A stretch of DNA of 64,000 bases from an uncultured delta proteobacterium (GTDB taxonomy: Bacteria > Myxococcota > Myxococcia > SLRQ01): NCBI GenBank assembly GCA_963727485.1, contig CAVSGM010000003.1:32001-96000 (forward strand), in the 5' to 3' direction. Below are positions 18,990 through 29,694 of the stretch, one piece after another. The first letter of the stretch is position 1; each line of letters opens with the position of its first letter. The translations under genes and the position numbers were made by a program. The notes below the pieces were generated by a model. It was not told the origin of the DNA, did no database searches, and saw only the letters and a program-made list of their open reading frames with translations.

Positions 18990-21137
18990 TCAGTGAAACG
19001 ACATCGGCCTCAACGGCACGGAGCGAGACGAAGCCTGGCAGGACGCCCGCGGCCGGGCGTCCATCCGGCCGGGGCCGCGCCCCCGGCGGCGGCGCAGGGC
19101 CACCGCCAGCAGGAGGAACGCCACGGCGCCGGCGGGCCCCGAGCCGGCGGGCCCCGAGGAGGTGGCCGCGCAGCCGCACCCGGGCCCGGCGCCGGCCCCG
19201 GTGGCCCCGGTGCCTCCGTCGGCCGCGAGGCCGCCGTCCCCGGTCCCGGCGGTCGATCCGCCGTCGCCCGAGCCGGCCGTCGACCCGCCGTCGCTCGAGC
19301 CGGCCGTCGACCCGCCGTCGCCGACCCCGCCGTCGCTGCCGCCGGTGGTCTGCTGCCCCTGGCCCACCAGGGTGGCGACGCCGTAGCCGGGCACGGTCAC
19401 CGACACCGTGCCCCCGCTGGCGGTGGCCGAGGCCTGCTGCCACAGGGCCCCGTCGCTGGAGGTGGTCACCGCAAAGTCCGTGAGCCCCGCCGGATCCGCG
19501 GGCACCGCCACGTCCACCTGCGCCGCGGTGTCCGAGGCGTTGATGAGCTCGACCACCAGGGTCGAGGTGGCGTCGTCGAGGTAGGTGCTCGCCGAGAGGG
19601 TGCTGCTCCCGCTCACTGCGGTGGCCACCCGCACCGAGCCGGGGCGGATGAAGCGGAAGAAGTGCTTGGCGGCGACGTACTTGGGCGAGGTGTCGAGGGC
19701 GGTGGCGTCGGTGAGGGTCTCCCCCGCCACCGGCTTGCCGTCGGTGAGCTGCCAGTAGACCCAGGCGCTCTCGTCGCCGGTGGTCAGCGCCTGCTCAATC
19801 TCGAGCGCCACCCCGAAGGCGCCCTTCCCGGGGAAGCCGGTCGCAGGCGAAAGCCACGCGGTCTGCTCCCCACTGGTCTCGGTCATCCAGCTCTTCTTCC
19901 CGTACGCCGAGAAGCCCTTCAGCGTCGCCGGGAGGCCCGCGGCGGGGCTCTGGGTCCACCCGTCGCGCCACCACTGCCACTGGGTGGGGGCGGCGCCGGC
20001 GCTGGCGACCCCGTCGGGGGCGTAGCCGTGGATGCAGAAGAACGAGAGGTCCTTCGCCGCCACCGGGTCGGCGTCGATGGCCTCGAGGATCTTGAGGTTC
20101 TTGTCGGTGGCGGTGGCGCCGCCGCCGTACTGCCACATCCCGTAGGGGCCGCCGCCGAGGAGGTCCTCGGGCCCCATGATCTTGATGTCCTTGAGGTCGG
20201 GGTAGGCGTCGAGCTCGGCCCGCGCCGCCTCGAGCACCTTGAGGTACGCCGCCGCCTGGGGGTAGCTGCAGGAGTTGTAGAACTCCTCGAAGCCCAGCTC
20301 GTTCTGGAGGCTCACCGCGTAGAACTTCACCCCGTAGGTGTCCTGGAAGCCCCGGAGCCAGGCGGCGAGCGACCGGGCGTACTGGGTCAGGGCGCTGGTG
20401 GGCCCGGTGCCGCCGAGGGCGCTGTCGTCGAACTCGGCCCGCGGGGTCCCCGAGGTGTCGAGGTGGCCCCCGGCGAAGTTCCCGCCCCAGATGAAGGGCC
20501 AGGGCGTCCCGTTCTTCGGCAGCGGGTCCGACTGGTTCTGGATGCTGTTCCCGCTCAAGACCTTGAGCCACGGCGCCGGCGACCACATGGAGCCGATGAG
20601 CTTGAAGTCGCCGAGCTTCGCCTTCAGCGAGGTGCCCATCGCCGCCACCGTGCCCTCGGTGAGCGGCCCCGGGGCCCCGAAGTCGAAGTCCTTGAGGTTC
20701 TGGTCGATGTCCGGGCCCATCACCGCGATGGGCGCCGAGTGGCCGCCGAAGCTGCGGGTGTAGTCGGCGGCGCCGGTGTAGGTGCGCACGTTGTTCCCGT
20801 CGGGGCCCGGGAGGGCGAGGGGCGCCGCCTGCCCGAACCAGGGCGAGACGTAGCGCAGGTCCGACCAGGGCGAGGCGAACACCGGGGTGATGTCGACCCG
20901 GAGGATCGAGGCCTTCAGGTCGTCGAAGTAGAGGTGCTGCCACCAGCTCTGCTGGCCCTCCTTCCCCGAGAGGCAGGTGCCGAAGCCGTCGAGGGTCTGG
21001 CGCCGACCCGCGGCGCTGGTGTCCGGGGTGACCGTGACCTGCTGGGCCCATGCCGGGCCCGCCGTCGCCAGCGCCACCAGCACCGGCACCCATCGCCAGA
21101 CCCCGGGCCGCGTCGCCCCCGTCCCCGTCGCCCGCAT
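18990..21137 (-). CDS. Exported GH30-like (clan GH-A) glycoside hydrolase with MYXO-CTERM-like sorting tail
   Basis: QTLDGFG, WSPAPW, SLQNE (acid/base), SWMTETS (nucleophile), HFFRFIRPGSVR; DGGSTAG linker repeats; GCGCAA..LLLAVALRRRR tail. Confidence 0.8.
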   Translation of the reverse strand: MRATGTGATRPGVWRWVPVLVALATAGPAWAQQVTVTPDTSAAGRRQTLDGFGTCLSGKEGQQSWWQHLYFDDLKASILRVDITPVFASPWSDLRYVSPWFGQAAPLALPGPDGNNVRTYTGAADYTRSFGGHSAPIAVMGPDIDQNLKDFDFGAPGPLTEGTVAAMGTSLKAKLGDFKLIGSMWSPAPWLKVLSGNSIQNQSDPLPKNGTPWPFIWGGNFAGGHLDTSGTPRAEFDDSALGGTGPTSALTQYARSLAAWLRGFQDTYGVKFYAVSLQNELGFEEFYNSCSYPQAAAYLKVLEAARAELDAYPDLKDIKIMGPEDLLGGGPYGMWQYGGGATATDKNLKILEAIDADPVAAKDLSFFCIHGYAPDGVASAGAAPTQWQWWRDGWTQSPAAGLPATLKGFSAYGKKSWMTETSGEQTAWLSPATGFPGKGAFGVALEIEQALTTGDESAWVYWQLTDGKPVAGETLTDATALDTSPKYVAAKHFFRFIRPGSVRVATAVSGSSTLSASTYLDDATSTLVVELINASDTAAQVDVAVPADPAGLTDFAVTTSSDGALWQQASATASGGTVSVTVPGYGVATLVGQGQQTTGGSDGGVGDGGSTAGSSDGGSTAGSGDGGSTAGTGDGGLAADGGTGATGAGAGPGCGCAATSSGPAGSGPAGAVAFLLLAVALRRRRGRGPGRMDARPRASCQASSRSVPLRPMSFH

Positions 21138-21216
21138 CGTCCCCTCCCCGGTCGCTTTGACCCCCAGGGGGCCGACCGTTAGCATGTGCCCTGCCTTCTG
21201 GCCCCCGGAACCCCTC

Positions 21217-23194
21217 GTGAACCAGCAGATCGGCCGGTACCGGCTCCTCAAGCGCCTCGCCCTCGGTGGCATGGCCGAGATCTGGCTCGCCCGCCAGGGT
21301 GGCGCCCAGGGTTTCGAGAAGCTGGTGGTGATCAAGCGGATCCTACCGCATCTCGCCGAGAACCCGGAGTTCGTGGAGATGTTCCTCGACGAGGCGCGCC
21401 TCGTGGCCCACCTCAGCCACCCGAACATCGCCCAGATCTACGACCTGGGCCACGAGGACGGCAGCTACTTCATCGCCATGGAGCACGTCCACGGCGAGAA
21501 CCTGCGCACCGTGCTCAAGCGCCGCGGCGAGCTCGGGCTCGGGGCCCTGCCCGGACCGCTGGTCGCCCGCATCGGCGCCGCCTGCTGCCAGGCGCTCGCC
21601 TACGCCCACGCCGCCACCGACGCCGGGGGCCGGCCCCTGAACGTGGTCCACCGGGACGTGAGCCCCCAGAACCTCCTCCTCGCCTACGACGGCCAGGTGA
21701 AGGTCGTGGACTTCGGCATCGCCAAGGCGGCGACCCAGGCGGTGGAGACCCGCACCGGGGTGCTCAAGGGCAAGTACAGCTACATGTCGCCGGAGCACTG
21801 CAAGGGCGACCCCCTCGACGGGCGCTCGGACCTCTTCGCCCTGGGGGTGGTGCTCTGGGAGCTGGTCAGCGGCCGCCGGCTCTACAGCCGCACGACCGAC
21901 ATGCAGACCTTCATGGCCATCTGCAACGAGCCGCCGCCGAGCCTGGCCGAGGTGGGCGCCGAGGTCTCGGCGTCCCTGGACTCGGTGATCCGAAGGGCCC
22001 TGGAGAAGGACCGCGACGCCCGGTTCGCCGATGGCTACCAGATGGCCGACGCCCTCGAGCGCTACCTCCGGGAGCTCGAGGCGCCGGTGACCCAGCGCGA
22101 CCTGGCCGCGTCGATGGAGGGGCTCTTCGCCGAGCGCATCGCCGGGTGGCGCACGCTGCTCCAGGGCGACGCCGCCGAGGTGGACGAGGCCCTGATGGGC
22201 GCGCGCTCGGATCTCTTCCAGCAGGGGACCCCCTCGCGGTCGGCGCAGCCGGCGCCCGAGGGGTCGGCCCCGGACCTCGCCACCGGGGCCACGGTGATCC
22301 GGCCCGATGCCGTGGCACCTGCGGCGCCGGTGGTCGTGCCGGTGGCCCTCGCGGGCAGTGACGATCCCGCCGACGAGGCGACCCGTCTCCGGGGTGCGGT
22401 CCCCGACGCCGAAGCCGCCGCGCGCCGACGCGGCCGCCGACGCCGGTGCGGGCGCCCCTGGCGAGCCCCGGCCCCGGCGGCCCCTGCTCTTCGGGGGCCT
22501 GGCGGTGGCGACGGCGGGGGTGGTCGCGGCGGTGCTCCTGGCCCTGGGGCACTCGGCCAAGGCCCCGGCGCATGCCGTCGCGTCGGCCCACCCGGCTCCG
22601 TCGACCGGGCTGACCGCACCCGCGCCCGCACCCGCGCCCGCGCCCCCGGCGGCCCCCTCGAAGCCCGCGGTGGCTCCCCGGACGCCCTCGCCGGCCCCCG
22701 CGGCGCACCCGATCCCACCTCGCCAGGCGCCGCCCGTCCACCACCCGGCCCCGGTCCACCACCTGCCGCACGTCCACCCTGCCGCCCCCGGCCACCTCAC
22801 CTTCGACGCCCGCCCCTGGTGCCGGGTCACCCTCGACGGCCACGCCCTGGGGACCACGCCGCTCGCCCGGGTCGCCGTCGCCGCCGGGGCCCACCGCCTG
22901 GTCTGCACCGGCCCCGGGGGCGCCGAGCAGCGCCTCACCCTCCACGTGGCCCCCGGCCAGACCGTGCGCCGGCGGGTCTCCTTCGAGCCCGGTCACCTCG
23001 CCTTCCGGGTCAAGCCCTGGGGCCGGGTCGCCGTCGACGGCCAGGACCTGGGGATCACGCCGCTCCCGGCGAAGGCCGTCCCCCCGGGGCCCCACCGGGT
23101 GGTGGTGACCAACGCCAAGCTCGGCGCCCGGCGCACCCTGAAGGTCGACGTCGCCGCCGGGAAGACCCGGGTGGTCAGCGTCGACCTGCGGTGA
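21217..23194 (+). CDS. Transmembrane Hanks-type Ser/Thr kinase with two PEGA-like extracytoplasmic domains (frameshift ~22340-22410)
   Basis: LALGGMAEIWLA, VVIKRI, HRDVSPQN, DFGIAK, GKYSYMSPE; second frame has TM, Pro-rich linker and two PWxxVxxDG..GxTPL repeats. Confidence 0.88.
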
Positions 23195-23222
23195 CGGCGC
23201 CCGGGTCGGTCACCCCGGCCGA

Positions 23223-24855
23223 CTAGGGGCAGTTGCTCCCGGGGGTGAGGCACTGGCCCCCGCACATGCACACCGTCTTGACCGGACAGTGGTCGGTGCA
23301 GAGCCCCGAGGAGCAGCTGGCGTTGCAGCCGATCCCGCAGGCGGTGCCGTCGGTGTTCCGGGTGCAGCTGGTGGTGTCGGTCTGGGTGGAGCTGGTGCCG
23401 CCGCAGGTGCCGCCGCCGCAGGTGTAGGCGGTGCAGGTCCTCGTCCGCGTCCCGGTGTTGCTGCAGGTGCCCGAGAAGGTGCAGGCGCTCCAGGCCCCGC
23501 AGCTCCCGCTGGCGCAGGTGGCACCCGCGTTCCCGGGGCTCCAGCCGGTGGTCGAGGCCGAAGGGTCGCAGACCTCGCACCCGTTCGCCGGGTTCTGGGT
23601 GCCCGGGAGCCAGGTCTGGCCGCCGATGGTGCAGCCGGTGACGCAGGCGCCGGTGGCGTCGCAGGCCTTGCCGGTGCCGCAGACGGCGCCGGTGGCCAGC
23701 GCCGGGTGGGTGCAGGCGCCGCTGGCGCAGAGGTCCGCGGTGCAGGGATCCGAGTCGGAGGCGCAGGCCGTCCCGTCGGTGTTCAAGGTGCAGCTCTGCT
23801 TCTGGGTGACGCTCCCGGAGGTGCAGCTCCCCGCCTGGCAGGCGGGCTGGGTGCAGGTGCGGCTCTGGGTGCCGGTGGTGTCGCAGGGGCCGGCGCCGGC
23901 GGCGGGCCCGCAGCTGCCCCACGCCCCGCAGCCGGTGATGGCGCCGCAGGTGGTGCCGTTGGACACCGGGGTGAAGGCGCTGGTGGACGTCGCCGGGTCG
24001 CAGGTCTGGCAGGCGTTGGCCGGGTTGGGGTCGCTGCCGGCGTAGAGGGTGCCGCCCACGTAGCAGCCGGACCGGCAGGCGCCGGTGGCGTCACAGACCT
24101 GGCCGGTGCCGCAGCCGGTCCCCGGCGGCCGCCTGGCTCCAGGCGGTCCCCGAGGAGGCGGGGTCGCAGACCTGGCAGGGGTTGGCGGGGTTCACCGCCC
24201 CGGCGGCGTAGTGGTTGGTGCCGATGTCGCAGCCGGCGCTGCAGCTGCCGCTGCCGTCGCACTGGCCGGTCCCGCCGCAGGTCGTCCCCTGGGCCGAGGC
24301 CGGGTGGGTGCAGGCGCCGCTGGCGCAGACGTCGTCGGTGCAGGGGTTCTGGTCGCTGGCGCAGGGGGTGCTGTCGGCGGCGGCGACGAAGCCGGTGGGG
24401 TTCGCCGAGGGATCGCAGACCTGGCAGGCGTTGGCGGGGTTGGCGTCCCCGGGGGCGTAGGGGGTGCCCTCGGCCAGACACCCGTGGAAGCAGGCGCCGG
24501 CGCTGCACACCCCCGCCTGGCCGCCGGTGGTGGTGCAGGCGGTCCCGTCACCGCAGCCCGCGCAGGGGTTGCCGCCGCTGGTGCCGCAGGCCGGGCCCGC
24601 GTCGGGGGTCCCGGCGTCGGTCACCCCGGCGTCGGCGATCCCGCCGTCGGTCACCCCGCCGTCGCCCCCGCCCTGGCCCACGTGCGCCGGGTTCCGGCAG
24701 GTCCCCTGGTCGCACACCAGCCCCGAGGCGCAGCCCCCGTCGGGATCACAGGGGAAGCCCTCGCGCTGGGTGTCCACCTTGACGCCGCAGGCGACGAAGG
24801 TGGCCGTGGCGGCCAGCCACAACATGAGGGCGAGGGAGCGGACGTGGCGGTGCAT
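23223..24855 (-). CDS. Cys-rich repeat lipoprotein (extra base in C-run ~24120-24123)
   Basis: FVAC lipobox; GVKVDTQREGFPCDPDGGC; four NPxNxCQxCDP modules and two TSP1-like units; removing one base joins the two ORFs. Confidence 0.82.
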
Positions 24856-24940
24856 CGAGGGGCCTCCGGGGGGGACTACCCGAAACGCTAGCAGCTGCGC
24901 CGCGCGCCCGGCAACGTGCCCCCGGTGGAGCGCAGCCCCT

Positions 24941-27028
24941 TCAGGTCGAGGTGCCCCCCGCCGCCGGGAGATACGCCCGCTCCAGGTAGTCGATGACCAT
25001 CCGCCCGGCGCTGTACCGCCAGGCGCAGGTGGTCAGGGCCCGCTTCACGTGCTTCATCCACCCCAGCGGCACCCCGGTGGGGTCGCGGTCGTAGAAGAGC
25101 GGGACCACCTCTTCCTCGAGGCTCCGGTAGAGGGACTCGGCGTCGCGGGCGTCCTGGATCTCCACGTCGGTGTGGACGTGCTCCCCGCCGATGGCGAAGC
25201 CGTTGGTGCCGTCGTAGGCCTCCGCCCACCACCCGTCGAGGACCGAGAGGTTGAGGCCGCCGTTGAGGACCACCTTCTGGCCGCTGGTGCCGCAGGCCTC
25301 CAGGGGCCGGCGCGGGTTGTTCACCCACACGTCGACGCCGTGGGTCAGCGCCCGCCCCACGCCGATGTCGTAGTCCTCGAGGAAGACCACGCGCCCGGCG
25401 AACTCGGGGTCGTGGGAGAGCTGGTGGATCTGCTGGATCAGGGCCTTGCCCGGCTCGTCCTTGGGGTGGGCCTTGCCGGCGAAGACGATCTGCACCGGCC
25501 GCTCGCCGTCGAGGAGCAGGCGCTTGAGGCGGTCGCGGTCGGAGAGGAGCAGCACCGCCCGCTTGTAGGTGGCGAAGCGCCGGGCGAAGCCCAGGGTCAG
25601 GGCCGAGGGATCGAGGACGTCGATGCGGCCGGTGCGCCGGCGCACGTAGTCCACCAGGCGGTGGCGCATCACCTGGCGCGCCTCCCAGAGCTCGCCGTCG
25701 TCGATGCGGTTGAGCCCGCGCCAGGCGCCGGGCTCGTGGATCCGCGACTGGAAGTCCTGGGGGAGGAAGCGCTCGTAGACCCGGACCATCTGCGGGGCGA
25801 GCCAGGTGGGCACGTGCACCCCGTTGGTGATGTGGCCGATGGGGATCTCCTGCTCCGGGCGCCCGGGCCACAGGCCCTGCCACATGTGGCGGGAGACGTG
25901 GCCGTGGAGCGAGCTGACCCCGTTGGCGTGGCGGCTGGTCTTGAGGGCCAGCACCGTCATGCAGAAGCGCTCGCTTTGGTCCTCGGGGGCCACCCGCCCC
26001 AGGGCGAGGAAGGCCTCGAGGTCGAGGCCGAGGGCCTCGCGGAAGGGCCGGAGGTGGGCGTCCACGAGCTCCGGGCCGAAGCGGTCGTGCCCGGCGGGCA
26101 CCGGGGTGTGGGTGGTGAACACCGAGCGGATCGCCACCTCCCGGAAGGCGGCCTCGAAGCTCTGGCCGTCGTCGGCCATCCGCTCGCGGATCGCCTCCAG
26201 GGTGGCCAGCGCCGAGTGCCCCTCGTTCATGTGGATCACGCTGGGCGTGATGCCCAGGGCCTTGAGGGCGCGGACGCCGCCGATGCCCAGGAGCATCTCC
26301 TGGCGCAGGCGCACCGTCTCGTCGCCGCCGTAGAGGCGGGCGGTGAGCTGGCGGTCCTCGGGGCTGTTGCCCTCGACGTTGGCGTCGAGGAGGATGAGCT
26401 GGGTCCGTCCCACGTGGGCCCGCCACACCCCGGCCTTGAGGATGCCGGTGGGGGTCTCGATCTCCACCTGGAGGGGGGTGCCGTCGTCGGTGGTCTCCCG
26501 GCCGAGGGGCAGGAGCTCCACGTCGATGTCGCCGTAGACCTCCTCCTGCCGGCCCTCGCCGGTGACGCGCTGGTGGAAGTAGCCCTCGGCGTAGAAGAGG
26601 CCCACGCCCACCAGGGGGACGCCCAGGTCGCTGGCGGCCTTGAGGTGGTCGCCGGCGAGGACCCCGAGGCCCCCGGCGTAGGTGGGCAGGGACTCGTGGA
26701 TCCCGAACTCGGCGGAGAAGTAGGCCACCGGCCGGGCGAGGATGGGGCCGGCGTGGTCGACGCCGTAGGTGTCGTCGCCGCGCTGGTAGTCCTCGAGGCG
26801 GCGCAGGGCGTAGATCACCCGGCTCTCGATGGCCAGCTCCCGGGCCCGGCGCAGGACCGTGTCCCGGTCGAGGCGGCGCAGCAGGAGGATCGGGTTGTGG
26901 TTCACCTCGGTCCAGAGGACCGGGTCCAGGTCCCGGAAGATGGTCATCACCTCGGGCTGCCAGGCCCACCAGAAGTTGTGGGCCAGTTTTTCCAGGTGCT
27001 CGAAGAGGCCGCGAATGGGGTCGGTCAT
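24941..27028 (-). CDS. glgP: Alpha-glucan (glycogen/maltodextrin) phosphorylase
   Basis: YFSAEFG, GGLGVLAGD, HMNEGH, FARRFATYKR, EACGTSGQK PLP motif. Confidence 0.95.
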   Translation of the reverse strand: MTDPIRGLFEHLEKLAHNFWWAWQPEVMTIFRDLDPVLWTEVNHNPILLLRRLDRDTVLRRARELAIESRVIYALRRLEDYQRGDDTYGVDHAGPILARPVAYFSAEFGIHESLPTYAGGLGVLAGDHLKAASDLGVPLVGVGLFYAEGYFHQRVTGEGRQEEVYGDIDVELLPLGRETTDDGTPLQVEIETPTGILKAGVWRAHVGRTQLILLDANVEGNSPEDRQLTARLYGGDETVRLRQEMLLGIGGVRALKALGITPSVIHMNEGHSALATLEAIRERMADDGQSFEAAFREVAIRSVFTTHTPVPAGHDRFGPELVDAHLRPFREALGLDLEAFLALGRVAPEDQSERFCMTVLALKTSRHANGVSSLHGHVSRHMWQGLWPGRPEQEIPIGHITNGVHVPTWLAPQMVRVYERFLPQDFQSRIHEPGAWRGLNRIDDGELWEARQVMRHRLVDYVRRRTGRIDVLDPSALTLGFARRFATYKRAVLLLSDRDRLKRLLLDGERPVQIVFAGKAHPKDEPGKALIQQIHQLSHDPEFAGRVVFLEDYDIGVGRALTHGVDVWVNNPRRPLEACGTSGQKVVLNGGLNLSVLDGWWAEAYDGTNGFAIGGEHVHTDVEIQDARDAESLYRSLEEEVVPLFYDRDPTGVPLGWMKHVKRALTTCAWRYSAGRMVIDYLERAYLPAAGGTST

Positions 27029-27142
27029 GGGCGCAAGGTGCTACCAGCGGGCCGAGGGGTGGGCAAGCCCGGCGAAGCACATGTCACGACGCGCCGCGTT
27101 GAGGTGCCGGGGCGCGCCCCTCGGGGCTACCACTCGAAAGCC

Positions 27143-27247
27143 ATGCGCTTCGTCTACCTCCTCGACTCGGATCACGCCCTGGAGGACGTCACCGAGCGGG
27201 TGTGGTCGGTGGCCTCCGCCCTGGTGACCCCGCTGCTCCGCCGGTAG
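27143..27247 (+). pseudogene. 34-codon ORF, possible C-terminal remnant of a YqiA/YcfP-like alpha/beta hydrolase
   Basis: MRFVYLLDSDHALEDVTERVW..; nearly all codons end in G/C; the SDHAL..W pattern recalls the catalytic-His end of such esterases (from memory). Confidence 0.35.
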
Positions 27248-27258
27248 GATGGGGGCCC

Positions 27259-29694
27259 GTGCCCGGGCCCTCCGACAGCGGCGACCTCGAGCGCCTCATC
27301 GCCGAGCGCGAGGACATCGAGCGCCGGCTCCGGGAGCACCACGCCCGGCGCCTGGGGATCCTCTTCAGCGACATCGTCGGCTCCACCGAGATCTTCGAGC
27401 GCCAGGGGGACATCGCCGGCCTCGCCCTGGTGCGCCGGCACAACGCCCTCCTCTTCCCGGTGGTCGAGGGCCACCGGGGGCGGGTGGTCAAGACCATCGG
27501 CGACGCCATCCTGGCGGTCTTCGACGACCCGGCCGACGGGGTGCGCTGCGCGGTGGCGATGCAGCAGGCCCTGGCCCGGGCCCGCCAGACCGACCCCGCC
27601 GCGGCGCCGATCCACATCCGGGTGGGGGTCCACGCCGGCGAGGCGATGCTCGACGGCGGCGACGTCTTCGGCGACGCGGTGAACACCGCCGCCCGGGTGG
27701 TGGGGCAGGCCGGCGGCGACGAGGTGCTGGTGAGCCAGGCCCTCTTCGACGCCCTCCCGGCGGGCCACGGCCTCGACGGCCGGCCCCGGGGGGCGGTGGC
27801 CCTCAAGGGCAAGCGGGACCCGGTGCCCCTGGTGGCGGTGGCCTGGGACGGAGCACCGGCCGCGCCGCCGCCGGCGGACGCGCGCCTCGCCGCGCCGTCG
27901 GGGGACGCCGACGCGGACCGGCCGATCTTCGTCCTCGATCTCGGCCTCGGACCGAGGGGCCTGCGGGTCGCCGCGGTGGACGGCCCCGGGGACAAGGGCC
28001 CGGTGCGCGCCTACGCCGAGCCCGGCCTCGATCTCGCCGGCCTCGACGCCCTCGCCGGCCACTTCGCCGCCTACCTCGACGGCGACGCCGACGCCGGCAC
28101 CTACGCCGACGGCCTCGAGGCCGCCGGCCGCGAGCTCTTCGACACCGCCCTCTCCGACCGGGCCCGGCGCCACCTCCGGGAGACCGGCTGCCACTACCTG
28201 CGCCTCCACCTCGACGACGCCCTGGCCCACCTCCCCTGGGAGCTCGCCCACGACGGCACCGCCTGTCTTGGTGGGCGCTTCGCCGTGGGCCGGGTGGTGG
28301 AGACCCGCAGCGACGAGGGCGAGGGGAGCGTCATCGCCTACCGCCCCGGGACGGGCCACGCCCTGGTGGTCTCGGACCCCACCGGTGATCTCCCCGAGGC
28401 GCGGCGCGAGGGCGAGGCGGTGGCCGGCCTCTACCGCGAGGGCTTCGGCGGCGAGGTCCGCCACCTCGCCGGCCCGGTCACCCGCGAGGCGCTGCTGGCG
28501 GCGCTCCCCGGGTGCCGGATCCTCCACTTCGCCGGCCACGTGATCCGCGGCGGCGCCGACGCCGACGGGGGCTTCCAGCTCGCCGACGGCCTGCTCCCGG
28601 CCTCGGCCATCGCCCACGCCGTGGGCTCGGCGCCCCCGGAGCTGGTCTTCGCCAACGGCTGCCACGGCGGCGGCGACCGGGCCTTCACCGACGGCGCGCG
28701 CCGGGCCGGGAGCGTCGCCGCCTCGCTGCTCCTCGGTGGGGTGGGCCACTTCCTCGGGCCCCTGGGGCGGGTCCCCGACGCCGACGCCCTCGCCTTCGCC
28801 CTGCGCTTCCACGAGGTGATCCTCGCCGGCCAGCCCTACGGCGAGGCGGTGCGCCTGGCCCGGGAGGCGCTCCAGGCCAACCGGCGCCTCGCCTTCGCCC
28901 GCTACCTCTTCTATGGCGAGCCACGCAGCGCCCTCGAATCCGGCCCTGGCCCGGCGCCAGGTCGAGGCCACCCGGTCGTTCCCGCCCCGGGCGATCCCCG
29001 AGGCGGTCACCGGTGAGACCCGGCGGCGGTGGACCCGGTGGCAGCGCCGGCGACCCCGGCGACGCCCGCGACACGGGGGACGGGCGGCCGGATCGGGGTG
29101 GGCCTGGGGATCGTCGCGGTGGCGGCGGCGGGGGGGCTGTGGCTCACCCGGCACCTGGTCACCCGGAAGCCCGCCGCGCCGACCGCGCCCATGGCGAAGC
29201 AGGCCCTGCCCCCGGCCCGGGCGAGGCCGGCAGACCCCGCGCAGAAGGCCGCCCCGCGCACCGGCCCGGTGACCATCGCCGTCCTCCCCTTCAAGAACCT
29301 CACCGGCACTTCGGCCCTCCAGCCGCTCGCCGAGGGCCTCACCGAGTCGGTGATCACCGGCTTCGCCGGCGCCGAGGGCATCCACCTCGTGGAGCACGTG
29401 CAGATCGGCGCCGACGTCCACTACCAGGCGTGGACCCACTCCAAGTACGTCGACCCGGCGACCCGGGCGCGCATCGGGAAGATCGTCGGCTGCGAGGTGG
29501 TGGTCCTCGGGGGCTACCAGAAGGCCGGCCACGTCCTCCGGGCCACGGCGCGGCTGGTGCGGGTGGACACCGGGGAGATCCTGGCGGCGGTGGAGGTGGA
29601 GCGGCCCCAGGCGAAGGTCTTCGCCCTCCAGGACGCGGTGGCCAAGGCCCTGCGCGGGGACCTCCCGGCGGTGGAGAAGGTGCTGCGGCCGTGA
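27259..29694 (+). CDS. Class III adenylate cyclase + CHAT protease + TM + CsgG/FlgO-like domain fusion (two compensating indels at ~28937 and ~29020; otherwise two same-frame ORFs 27259-29016 and 29029-29694)
   Basis: FSDIVGST, VKTIGDA, DVFGDAVNTAAR; LPWELAHDG, LHFAGH, FANGC; TM IGVGLGIVAVAAAGGLWL; IAVLPFKNL..ARLVRVDTGEI. Confidence 0.8.
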
